Assembly (NCBI RefSeq): GCF_000143415.4
Contig: NW_003314265.1
Coordinates: 1,769,637-1,833,636 of the forward strand
DNA from: Selaginella moellendorffii
Taxonomy: Eukaryota; Plantae; Lycopodiophyta
DNA: 64,000 nucleotides
Direction: 5' to 3'
Below the pieces are notes generated by a model. It searched no databases. It worked only from the letters and a program-made list of their open reading frames with translations, and had not been told where the DNA came from. Positions 51,996 through 64,000 of the stretch are shown here, one piece after another. Position 1 is the first letter of the stretch, and each line of letters begins with the position of its first letter. The position numbers were made by a program, and so were the translations under genes.

Positions 51996-54129
51996 CTAGT
52001 AAAGGTAAGTCATTGCATTTTGATCTAAGCCCGGAGAAAATACTAAAGAACCTTGGTGGTGGTGGTGGTGGTGACTTAGTTGATCGTCAGCCGCGGCAAG
52101 AACCTCGCTACTATCATCGTGATCGTCATTGTTAGTAGCAGCAACAGTGGCAGCCACTTTCTTGAGATTAAACTCCCGACTGGAGCTCGTCACCAGCTCG
52201 ATCAAATCCAGCTCTTGCTGCTGCTGTTGCTGCTGCTGGTGCCGGTTGATCGAATCGTGCTCGCTGCTCCAAAACGATTGCTCGTCATGACCGACGTGTT
52301 GCTGCTGCTGCTGCTGTTGCTGCGAGAGGTAACTAGAAAATTGATCATCGTTGTCCAGGTGAAGCATGCTGGGATGATAAGTCTCTTGCTCCTCCATGGC
52401 TGCTGGATTAGCCGTGCCGTGATCTCCCAAAACGCTGCTAACGTTGCTAAGATCCGCCAGGCCCTGAACTGTACAGCGCTGGCACTTGCATGGAGTTAAC
52501 GCTGGCGGGCAGCAGCAATCGACGTCGTCCACTACTACGTGATGAGGTTCCACGAACAAAACATCTGCCGCTCGTCGCCCGCTGCTACCGCTGCCACTGT
52601 TAATCTGGTTAAGATGGTTACTGACGTAGAAGTTGCCAGTGTTTGTAGACGCTGGAGTGGGCCATGGAAGCTGCTGGAGATCAAACTGGTGCTGCTGTTG
52701 TGATCCTCCGTTTGATCCTCCTCCGCAACCACCACCGCCGCCATCGCCTGCGCTGCCGCTCAAGGTGAATCCTCCTCCTTCACTCCACACTGTGACTTGA
52801 GGATTATAGTTTCCTGGCAGAGCTCTGGCCTCTCCCCACGACGACTGCAACGCGTTGCCCGTGATCAAGCTCCCAAAGCTGGCGGCGGTGGAATAGTCCT
52901 GGAAGTCCGACGCGGCGGCGGCGGCGGCGGCAGCGGCGGAGATGATGTCCGCGATACCAGTGCTGGTACTAGCGGCGGCCGCGGCAGCATCGCTCTCCAT
53001 CATCCTCTGGAGTAGCTGGTCCACTTCGGTGGTGCTCATGCTCATGCTCGTTGGCGGCGGCAAAGCGCTAGCACTGGCTGCTGCTTTGGAGGATCTGTTG
53101 GAGCGGTGATTCAGGGATCCTGAGCCGCCGCCGCCACTGCCAGGGGACTGGTGGTGGTGGTGGTGGTGGTGGCGGGATCTTTTGGCGGAGCTGCCGCCGC
53201 CGGTGGGCTGGCAGTTTATTCTCTGTTGATAGTCGCGGAGAACTGTGGAGCGCGGCACCACCTCGAGCGTGTCGGAGCCATCGGCGGGCTTTCTGTGCTT
53301 GCGACGGAGGTCTTTTCTTCTCATGGTTGCGTTCCAGTGGTTTTTGATGGCGTTTTCTGTGCGTCCAGGAATGAGCTTGGCGATATCTGCCCATTTGTTT
53401 CCCAGCCGATTGTGCGCCGAGACGAGAAGCTGCTCTTCGTCCTCCCTCCAGATGTCTCTCTGAAAGCACAGACCAAAAGAAAGAGAAGCACGATTTTCAA
53501 GGCATGAGTTTATATCATCTTCAACAAACATCAACATCAAACATCAAAAAGCTTCTTTCTTTTCTCCTCAAACAACAGATAGTCGATTTTACTGAAAACG
53601 AGGAAGAGAAAATGGATTAAGGTTCTTCGTTTACCTTGATATCTGGCTTGAGGTGATTGTGCCATCTCTCTCGGCACTGCTTTCCAATCCGCCCAGGAAG
53701 ATAAGTTGCTATAAGCGACCATTTCTGGCAGCCGTGCTTTGCAACAAGCTCGCCTAGAAACCTGAGACAAACCAACAAGAAAGGAAAAAAGAAAAAATCG
53801 TGAGTTCCCAATTCGCAAGGGGGAAAAAAACTTTGGAAGCGAAAGAGAATCAAGGAATTCCAAGTAAACCTGTCTTCCTCCGGCGTCCACTGGCCCTTGA
53901 TAATGTTTCGTTTCTTGTTGGAGCTGCTGATCCCGCCGCTGCTCGATCTACTGCAGTTGCGCGCTCTCAAATCCGCGGCCTCTACGTGGTGATCTAGGAT
54001 GAGCCGCTGCTGCTGGTCCCGCTGCTGCTGCTGCTGCTCCCGGAACTTTGCATTCTCCTCTAGCTGCATGTCGAGGAGGTGCGCCTTTTGTGCCGCGCTC
54101 GCAAAGAGCAGGAAATTCTCGCTGCCCAT
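51996..54129 (-). CDS. R2R3-MYB transcription factor (MYB98/64/119-like)
   Basis: [30 protein letters not shown] and [14 protein letters not shown]; C-terminal ELDLIELV; two introns. Confidence 0.92.
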
Positions 54130-54724
54130 GGCGCGGGCGCGCGCCCCCTCTCCTCTATCACTTTCAATCGATGGATCGATCGCAGTGAGCTTAGGGCAGG
54201 GAAGGAGGGCTCGGGAGACCGAGCGTCAGTATATGTCAGAACAATTGATCCATTTTTTTCCCCTTCTTTTTCCTCTCTTGTGTAACGGCTGGGCTGGGTT
54301 TTGAAATCGCACACACGCATATATTTGGTTTTTTAAATGGCGAATATACCCGTTGGTGCCGCTCGGACCAGGCGGCGGCTCCGGGCTGCCACGTAGGACG
54401 AAGGCCTTGGCATTTGTGTTGTGTTCCATACTAAGCTGCTGTGCTGCTGCTGCTGGTTGCTATTTTGATACACAATCATGGCGGAGAGCCACCAACTTCT
54501 AACAATCATCGTTTAGGGCACTGGTGTCGTCCCAGTCAGCATGACATGCGACGGGATCTATATGCGCTGTCTGAAGCCGCGTTTTCTTAGCCAGTAAGAT
54601 ACGGGATGGATATCCGGTGCGGGAATTTTGGCAACTTACAAATTGCTACCATTCTGTTAATTGCTATTTTTATTTATATAAATTCAAGGAATATCTTTTG
54701 TTTCATACCTATTGTAGTGGCATT

Positions 54725-54725
<1 letters not shown>

Positions 54726-54783
<58 letters not shown>
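54726..54783 (+). repeat. (GA)n microsatellite
   Basis: Uninterrupted GA dinucleotide run upstream of the MYB gene. Confidence 0.95.
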
Positions 54784-54795
<12 letters not shown>

Positions 54796-57700
54796 TATAT
54801 CCCAATTTCTAGGATATATATGCTTGAGAGGCCAGATATAAGTCCATGCTTCGCACCCAAGAGAGAGTGTTTGGTGTGAGAGTGAAGCCAAGTTGAGGAC
54901 ACCTATGGAAGATTAATATGAATCCTCTTGAGTAAGAACCACCTCTAAATGTGTGTCAAATTCAGGACTTGTGCTTGACTGCTTTTAGTAGTCTTCTATA
55001 TAAAAAGGCCTCTCCAGCATTTATCTTGTTAGAGTGGCATGGGAATGCTTATTATCACATTTAATTTCTTACTTTGCTAAGGCAGGACTGGATCAAGGCT
55101 AGGATTGTTTTCAATTAACAAGAATGCAAATAGATTTATAACAGCTGTTGTTGGAGAGAAAAGCCTTCTTGCTCGGTATGCTTTTCATTTAGATTATATT
55201 GCTTCATAGCATTTATGGTTTACCATATATTTAAGTTTGGATATGGGAACAACACTATTTTATTTAAGACAATCTCTACATTCCATAAATATAGCCAAGT
55301 CACATATCTAAACACTTTCCATAGATAATTTATGGAACTAAAACAAGTAGTCGCGGAGAATTTTCTCAGATAATTAAGGTAGCGAAAACATTTGGTAGAC
55401 ATTGTAAATTATTATATAGTGATGCCTAATACACAAGGGTTGTTGTCAAGTCAATATAAGATAAAGCAAAAAAGAGCTAGCAAATCGGACCAAATATATT
55501 TGGATAAATAAACATTTAGGAATTTCTTATAAGACCAAGCAAACCGGAATTTCTTTTTTATGCTCATTTAGTCAAATATAGATACTAAGTTTAATTTACA
55601 AATGTTGTGAATATGATTGCAAGTATCAAAAGCTACTTATCAATTAATCCTTTTAGATATTCTTTCTTTATTGCCATGACGGTGAAAGATCGATATTACT
55701 AAACCCTTTATCAATCATTTTTGTTCAAATGTTAGTAAACTTTATTTAGCATCTATACTTAGCTAAACAAGCATAAGGAAAGTGTCTATTTAGCCAAATC
55801 AAAATGATGTTTATCAACTACTCATGGTTGCTTAGATTGCTTGGATTAGATAAACCAAAATGATGTTCATCAACCAAAATCCATATATATAGAACATAGT
55901 AACCAAAATCCATACCTAAGGGACATATATGAAGTTATAGCAACCAAATATGTACCCACTTGTCCTTTGGGTATGGATTTTAAATACTATATTCTATATT
56001 TAATATTTGCATCATGCAATCAAGAGTTTCTATTTTGATGCATATTGGTTATAATGATTTTACAAGTAGTGAATCATGAGATGAAGTGTTAAATCATTTT
56101 GTTTAGGTTTGTTATTGGAAGGCTTGGGTTACAATGGTTAATTTTTTTTCAAGAAACCTTATTATTGCTCCTTGAGTAGTTTGGTATTGGATTAGTTTTG
56201 AGTTTAATTAGAAAAATAATAATATAGATTTGTCTATATTATGAACAAAGTTAGTGGCGTTAGGTGTTATAAATCTTTATTGATGGGGTGTGATAATTAT
56301 GTTGCATTTTGTTGAATGGACATAACACTTAATACTCACATAAACCTTTAAAGTAATAATGTGGGTTAGCTAGTGGTGTTGCTAAATTGATGATTAAGTA
56401 CTTGTGATTACTATATCATATCTATATGATTGTGAGTAATGTGTTTATAAAGTTTCTTGGTCAAACAATAATAAACCCTAAAGTGGTTAATGGTGAAGCC
56501 AATTTACTTGCATGTAGTAGTATTATAGTAGTTTTAACTAAGTTCTAGAAGTGATCTATTATTTTAAGCTAAGTGTTGGTACCTTGGTTCTTTGAGGGTT
56601 TGCCCATTAAGGTTTTTCAAAATGTTATAATATTCATTTATTATAACTTATTAGTTAATTTGTTACCACTTGGAGTAAATTGTTGAATTGAAAAAGTGTG
56701 TAGTTGGGGCATTGATATTACTAACACTTAGCTTTGGCATTTTGCTGAATTTGAGCATTTGGGAATCTTAGGAAACATATTTCCTTTCATATAACCCATT
56801 AGCATAAGATAACACAAAATCACTACTTTCATTCTTGAAGTATCTTTTTGGTTTTTGAGTTAAGATTTTATTTTGTTAAGTTTAGGGGGTGTTCACCCTT
56901 AGTAAGTCTCTTTAGCATTTTCAATTCTAAGCACTATTTACGGCCTAATCTTATGACCATCTTATAAATTGTTCCTTAGAGACTATTTTCCTACACTCAC
57001 ATTACCATTGTATTGCATATTTTATCTCATCTAGGTGTCTTTCTCATTTGGTCATATTAACTAAGTCATACCACACCATTTGTTCAAATCACTATTTTGA
57101 ACTAAGAACCATATTCTTTAATCTAACAAAAAGCTTGTTCTTGTTTAACCATAGAATCACCTAGTGATCCCTTTAGACACCTCAAGGGATCTACTTAACC
57201 TTTAAATTGCTGACTACAACCTTAAGGGTATCCCTCACACTTGGCAATGCACCCAAACTAACCCTTTTAACCAAATGTCTGTAATAATTAATATTAAGTA
57301 TCCCTATCTCATTCACCACGTTTTAAATGCCATTAAGTGTTCTAGGTGGTATATATGGCATTAAAGACGTGGCATTGAGGCTAAGATAACTTTCACACTA
57401 AGCACACTAATTGTGCATTATAATTCTGAAGCATCTTCCACTTGGTGGTGTGCCTAAACCAATTTCCTTATTAAGAGTCTATAACCACTGAAAAATGAAT
57501 GTCTATATATTCCAAACTATCACCAGCCTTAGTGTATTGGGACTCAAATCCAAATATTAGAGGGTTGGAATTTAAACCCAACTTTTGTATATGCATTTAC
57601 AAATGGCATCACCCAAAATGCCTAGCATGACTTCCCACGCTGGTGCACCAATTTATATCTAACACATGCTATAGATTATAGGTTAGGAACTTAGCTTCTT

Positions 57701-58184
57701 TGAGCTTCCAAATCCCTCACTTGATAAACTAATTAATTAACCTATGATTATGCATAGACTCTTCTATATTTGATCCCATGGTTACTTTTTTGAAGTCATC
57801 ACTTTCAACTAAGGTTTTTGTTCCTTTGACTTACCAATCTCACTTAGCAACCAATGTAATACAGTTCTATGTATAAGTGTGAAACTCCTTAAATATCAAC
57901 TTTCATTTAAAAACATCTCTTTAAACATTTGGGAACTATCTCCCCAACCTCCCTCACACATAGCAAGCTTCACAATCATGGTTCTGCTACACCACTATAA
58001 TTTTACACATNNNNNNNNNNNNNNNNNNNNNNNNNNNNNNNNNNNNNNNNNNNNNNNNNNNNNNNNNNNNNNNNNNNNNNNNNNNNNNNNNNNNNNNNNN
58101 NNNNNNNNNNTAGTAACACCCTCGAACACCCATCTTATTTTCCACTCATAACTTGTATGACCACTTTGAGTTATATTTCTTAAA

Positions 58185-59105
58185 TTTTATGGTTCAATTC
58201 TATCCCTTTACTACTTATTTTTAGCTCTATATGTTTTTTTAATTTATTTTTCTCCCTACTTGGAGAATACCTTTGCACTTCTTGCTATGCCTTAACAGCT
58301 CTTCTTATGGATGAACCTATTCAATGACTTATGGAGTGGTTCTTTAACCTGAATATTCTCATTTAGTAATTTTATACACTAAAATTAATGTTATTACTCA
58401 TGGGCTTCTACATGAAAATCATTTTGGCTTTATTTATTTCGGATAGACAAACCTATCCATCTATAGTTTTTATCAACCTTGGACATTAAATAACACTTTA
58501 TATTCATTATTTTCTAGAGACTTATTTAATGCCCTCATGATACTAAACACTATTTCTTTGGTGTTTTAAGGTGTTTATATATTTCAATGATGGACTTCCT
58601 AAATAATGAGTATTTTCTAACTTGTATAACTACTTTAGGTTATGTCTCTCAAGTCTTATGATTCAATTCTATCCCTTTATTAATTACTTTTGGCTCTATA
58701 CATTTCTTTAATTTATTCTTCTCTTTACTAGGAGAATAGTTTTGCACTTCTTGCTATGACTTAGCAATTATTCTTATGGATGAATTTATTCAATGACTTA
58801 AGAAGTGGTTCCTCAACCTAAATATACTCACTTGGTAATTCCATGCACTAGAATTAATATTGCTGCTTATAAACCTTTACATACCCATTATTAACCATGC
58901 CAAATCCTTTTGGTTTTATCCATTTAAGATAAATGAACTTACTCTGTCTATAACTTTTATCAACCTTAAATATTAGATAGCACCTCCTATTCATTATTTT
59001 CTAGAGATTTATCTAATGCTCACATGATATTAAACACCATTTATTTAGTATTTTAAAGTGTTTATATATTCAATGATAGACTTCCCAAACAATGAGCATT
59101 TCCTA
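58185..59105. repeat. Diverged tandem duplication with a unit of about 470 bp
   Basis: TTCAATTCTATCCCTTTA at about 58193 and 58662, followed by collinear similarity. Confidence 0.8.
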
Positions 59106-59544
59106 TTATGATATTGACCCATTATATCGTAATATAAACACATCATCTCTTAAAAGACATATTTAACCTTCTTTTTATCTCAATAAGAAGTATCAAGGAG
59201 TTAACTCCCACTATTTCAACCATTTACTTGAAACTATTACATAATTGCCTCTTAGTTATCATATCCTACAACTCATTGCTGGTGCTTTCACATCTCCACC
59301 AATATTTGGTCAAAACACACAAATCTTATACCTTTCAACTTAAGTTATGCCAATCCTGTTCCCATTAGGGTTCATTTGGCATGAGGCTCTCATGAACTAG
59401 CTAACTTGCCCTCAATATATCTTCTTTTGAAACACTTGGTGTCTCCACATCATCAACTTTAGAAACATATCCTCATGACATACTTCACTTGTGTCCATAT
59501 CTTTTGCTAAGACCATCATATTTATTATTTCTTATGTTAACTAT

Positions 59545-60030
59545 GAGAAATAAATAGGGATAAAATAGCCACTAAAGGTTCATTCATTAAGCAATTGCCA
59601 CTTTTTTAGTTGGTTTAAAAGGAGAGAAATAATGTGCACTATATGTAGTATTAAAGATAATGTATATCATAGGATGAGATTTAGATATATTGTCATTATG
59701 GAACTTTGGGAGATAAATAGGGATAAAATAGCCAAAAGGGCTCTCTCATCAAGCAATTACCCTTTTTCAGTTAGCTTAAAAGGAGAGAGAAAAAATGTGT
59801 TATATGTGGTATGACACAAGTTCAATTCCCATTAATTAATGGCTATTTAAAATATAATATACCCTTGAATAAAGTATATTCCTACCTCTAAATCTAAAAT
59901 CATATATATTAGACATCCATGCTCCTTGCGATACGAGTGAATGAATAACTATTTTACATAATTGAAAAATTGGTAAATTTAGTATGGAAATGGAGGTGTT
60001 AGTTCCCCTTAGCTCAATAAGGGTTGTTAG
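59545..60030 (+). mobile_element. Decayed copy of the TRIM-like family of 12768-13712
   Basis: Reverse-complement match to the terminal repeat (GGGATAAAATAGCCA...AAGCAATT, present twice) and to the internal region. Confidence 0.72.
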
Positions 60031-62349
60031 TTTTTCGTGATTACTTTTTCACTACTTTAATATGGCCATTAATAAGATTCCCATTATTCATATACTTAGA
60101 TCTCATAATACATCTCATTCTAAATATGTTTCCTCCAAGCCTTTGGGACCATCTTTTGAGTCATCTAGATTTTTAGACTTTACTAATCTGATAACTCATA
60201 AAGTTTTAACCTTATGATTACCTTTGAGATACCACTACACTTGAATACATTTTCTTGTATTTTTGTCATATTCATAAAGACCATTGTTACAAGTGTTTCT
60301 CTAACACTTGTAGGCTACTTTTGCCTTTTAGAATTATCCTTTCATATGATGAAAGTATCGATTCATCATTTAAGTACATCCTTAATTCCTTAGGTTATTC
60401 TAGTACTTTTTAGAGATAGCCCCTAACTACTATTTCAAGGACTTATATCCTCATCTATATTTGACCTCCCATAATCATGATTTCTAGTCTTAAATTCATA
60501 AGCACTATCTTTAACCATATGAGGATAATCTTTTGACTTCTTTATCATTTAGACCTACTAGTTCATGAACTAAAGTGGAGAGGTATATTCTCTCAACATG
60601 CTGCTCCTTAAGTATAGCCCCACTTCTGGGACCTCCAAATATCAATATCAAATGATGATATACTTGACTGCTAATAAAAGTTAAACTAAGGAATAGCTTT
60701 GATACCAAGTTGTAAGTGACTGAATTTTTCATTTTACTTTAATCATTTAACCATGTCCCTAACCACTTGAAGGAGTATCAGTCACAACCTTCGTAAGTCC
60801 TCACTTGCCTTAGAGTACTTGTTTACCCCCAATGTGATCTCAAGATTACATTAGTTTTGCACTTAGTTCAAGTGCTCTATGTGTTTGATCTCATTTTCAA
60901 CACCCAATGGTACCACCAACATTTCAACTTATTATGCTAGGGCTATATCCATTTGCTTTTGTCCCATTAATAGTCTAAGACCACCTACAACATAATCTTG
61001 TCTCATTGAAGCTAGAGCATCTATTTATAAGTGGTCATCCCATGATTACACCTTAGCATCTTTAGGATACCTCAAGATATATAGGGGACATTATCCCTCT
61101 ATATCCCTTATTTTGTCCCCACCAAATCCTTTTTCGTTCATAGTAACACTTGCAAACACCACTACTAATCCAGGGCTTAAAGGCCCATCCATTAAACCCC
61201 ACTAACCTCTAAAACTTCTTTACCACATAACCATACTCTTGGTCACCAAATAAAAGGACCATTCATTTTTTTTTCTATAATCTAGGACTTTAAGATGACA
61301 TTTCAAAACACTACAGCCAAACATAAGCTTCGTGAGTACTCCCCTCACCTTCCGCTACTAAGGTGGCCTAAACACGTGGCTAGAGTGAGGTTCCAATGAG
61401 TTATGCAAAGTATCCAAGTAAGTAATGCCACCTATACTTGAATTAGGAGCATTGACTATTTGATGGGAGCTAAAGCTTCACCAAATTACCCCACTTATCC
61501 ATTTATATTCACTCTAGTTATGGATTCCTTAGTGATTATATTATCACCCACCATGATAGGGAATATAACAAATAAATTATAGCCGAAATAGTTGTAGACC
61601 TTCCTGATAATGTAGTGGATAAACGGTTCCCAAAAACTATTATGTGGACAAAGGAAAAAACATTTCATCAAATATTTGAAACGCTCAAGTGGCTAGGCCT
61701 TAGTCTCTTTGTTGTTTGCAGTAAATGAACTTTGTATATATAGCATCCAAGTATATCAACCCAAACATATATAACTTGTTCAAACAAAATGGCCTCGTGA
61801 TGAATATCAAAATATTTCTAATCTCTTTATGCAAGCTAGGGACAATAGAGATTATTATTGTCACACATAAGATTGTAAATAGTTAAGATCCTATTTGGAG
61901 GAGGAATTTTGTTGAATTTGATGTTTGAGAGGATAATATTCCAAATTATTAATGATAATTATCGATAAAGGGCGTAGATGAAGTGTATCAATAATTATTT
62001 TCACAATGATCTTGTATACTATATCAACAATCTAGAAAGTGCACTCGCACACTGGGATTACAGTACAACATGGTTTAATAATTCAATCAATTTTATGCTT
62101 GTAGTGTGATGTAAGGCATGTCTTTCCTTTTCACTTTATAAGGGTTTAGAGTTTAGGGTATATATTGCATTAACACTCTTTTTCAATCACCTTCAAAATC
62201 CAATATAAAGCCAAAAACATTAACAAAAAAAATGATATAAAAAATCAAGCTCAAAAGAAAACTCTTTATCACTCAACATAACAATACTACTTCTATTAGT
62301 AAAGTTTTGGACAACGTTAGGATAAATTATAGATAAATGAAACTTAATG

Positions 62350-62850
62350 CCTTTGGTAGGGGATAATGATGCCCTCATGTAGAGAATTTCCTAAAATTGA
62401 GGAACTGGAATTTATATAATATATATAATGCAAGGTGTTGAAGACATTTAGGAAATTGACTTGAAAAGTTAATATTAAAGTTCCAAAGTGCAATGGTTAT
62501 ATTGTTAAAAGTCTAGATTACTCCAGAATAAATAGTAAGATTGAGACAGAGAAGGTATCTCTAATAGGTTTAGAAATAACTAAACTAAGAAATGGAGTAA
62601 ATCACCACAAGTGTTCTAATAAATCTCTAAGTTAAAAATATTATACATTTTAAAGGAAGGGTAAGGTATGGTGAGGTTTCAGTGTTAAACTATTAACAAA
62701 TTATGGTAAGAATAAAAATGGTAATCCATGATGGTAGAAAATGGTTTAACTTCATCTATGGGTGGTAGAGTTGTGAGATACAAATCCCTAAGTCCCAAAG
62801 TGGAGCTCAAAATGTACCATGTAGTAGTGGCCAAACTGGAAGCTAAACTT
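62350..62850 (+). mobile_element. Decayed element-1 family fragment (3' internal region, PPT and LTR start)
   Basis: CTATGGGTGGTAGAGT|TGTGAGATACAAATCCCTA matches 5892-5927. Confidence 0.78.
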
Positions 62851-64000
62851 TGAATTAAGTTGCCTTTGAGTTTTTATTGTTGTCTATAAAGAACCATTGA
62901 GCACTTCTAAATTATTTGGATCATATTTCTATCTTTCCTCCTAATGATGCCTTGAATCTCCTCTACTACCATTAGAACTAGGGGTGTAATAATGGATGAC
63001 TAAGAGTTTAAACAAAGTTCCTAAGAAAGGTATCAATAATATTAGTATTAGAACCTAGTTCAATTCTCATTAATGAAGAGTGGGTAGGAATATTTTGAAG
63101 GAGTATTCAATATAGTGGAACTAGAGAAAGGTTTGGTAAACCCTAAAAGAAGGACCATGATGATTAAAAGGTGGTTTACATATAATTGCAAAAGATCATT
63201 CTCTAGCAAAAGAAGGATTGTTGAGCACCAGTAAAATAAAAAAGGGCTTTATAATCAAGTGATCACCAATTGTCATAGGATGTAAGGAATAGAATTTTAA
63301 CAATTATGTCAGCAAGCTATCACAAAATCACAATGGGTGATAGGACAAAAAAAGGAGAAAATTATATGCTTTTAAAAAAAATATTTGTGTGTAGTTGATC
63401 TAGGATCTTAAAAAGTGGGAATAGTAGAAGGAATAAAATTTTGGTATATAAACCTAAAAGTCATAACAAAGATAGTAGGCTTTCTTATCAATAATATCTT
63501 ACTTATGCTATTGAACTTAATATAATAATTTTGTGAGTAGTTTAAATATGATGAATTGTTTTTTGGAATCATCACCACAAGTCTCTAAAATATTCTCTCA
63601 TTCTGATGTAACCATTAAAAAGGGGTGGTAGAAGTCACTAACTCACCCATTTTAGCTATGAATGGGTTCACCCTACTTAAGATAGGTTATCCTCACTCCA
63701 ATAATTTATTATTGTAATGTAATGAAATGTTTATGAAGTATGTAATTTTGAAGAGTGACTAAGATGATTTTGTCCTCATTCAACTGCTGCTAGAGTAAAT
63801 TTTACTTTATACATTTTTTATTTTTTTTTTTTAGGCCAATTAAAAGTACAAACCACTATATTTTCAATTTAGAAAATAGAGAAATTACTACATTGAGTGT
63901 TATTTAAAGAGTAAATTTAGCAATAAGGTGTTCAATTTAGTATTAGGTAAAGATTTAATGTTGTTTGGAAAAGCTTATTAGGTTTTTTTATATTTTGAGC

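Larger units (their letters stand above)
56720..61550 (-). mobile_element. Highly decayed copy of the element-1 family with nested insertions
   Basis: Patchy reverse-complement matches to 1700-5390; PBS and LTR junction GATACCAAGT|TGTAAG at 60701-60716; N gap at 58011-58110. Confidence 0.8.

Overview
Eukaryotic plant genomic DNA. Compact genes, 50-100 nt introns, a dense PPR content and a type-I-chromodomain gypsy element suggest a non-seed plant such as Selaginella (inference only). 1-13.7 kb is a retrotransposon nest: a decayed gypsy integrase is split by two full LTR elements inserted 34 bp apart, both with intact 5-bp TSDs, followed by a TRIM-like element. The second LTR element is a chromovirus with a Tf1-type self-priming PBS and a PEG10-like GGGAAAC plus pseudoknot -1 frameshift signal. 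14.5-54.1 kb is gene-rich: two tandem phytepsin-type aspartic proteases (with a hAT insertion and a truncated FtsH12 pseudogene between them), a small conserved spliced ORF, a mitochondrial-type P-class PPR, aspartate kinase, a nucleotide-diphospho-sugar transferase, tRNA-Glu(CTC), a reticulon, a C2H2-EAR zinc finger, two tetraspanins, PLS-E and PLS-DYW PPRs, an unknown small gene and an R2R3-MYB. At 39.9-46.9 kb lies a block of gene fragments: SAC3B pieces, a triplicated exon module and a class-B ARF remnant. A perfect 27-bp hairpin related to the triplicated module sits at 37.9 kb. 54.9-64 kb is AT-eroded transposon debris of the same families. There are three 100-N gaps. Family assignments come from recognised motifs; no database search was run.
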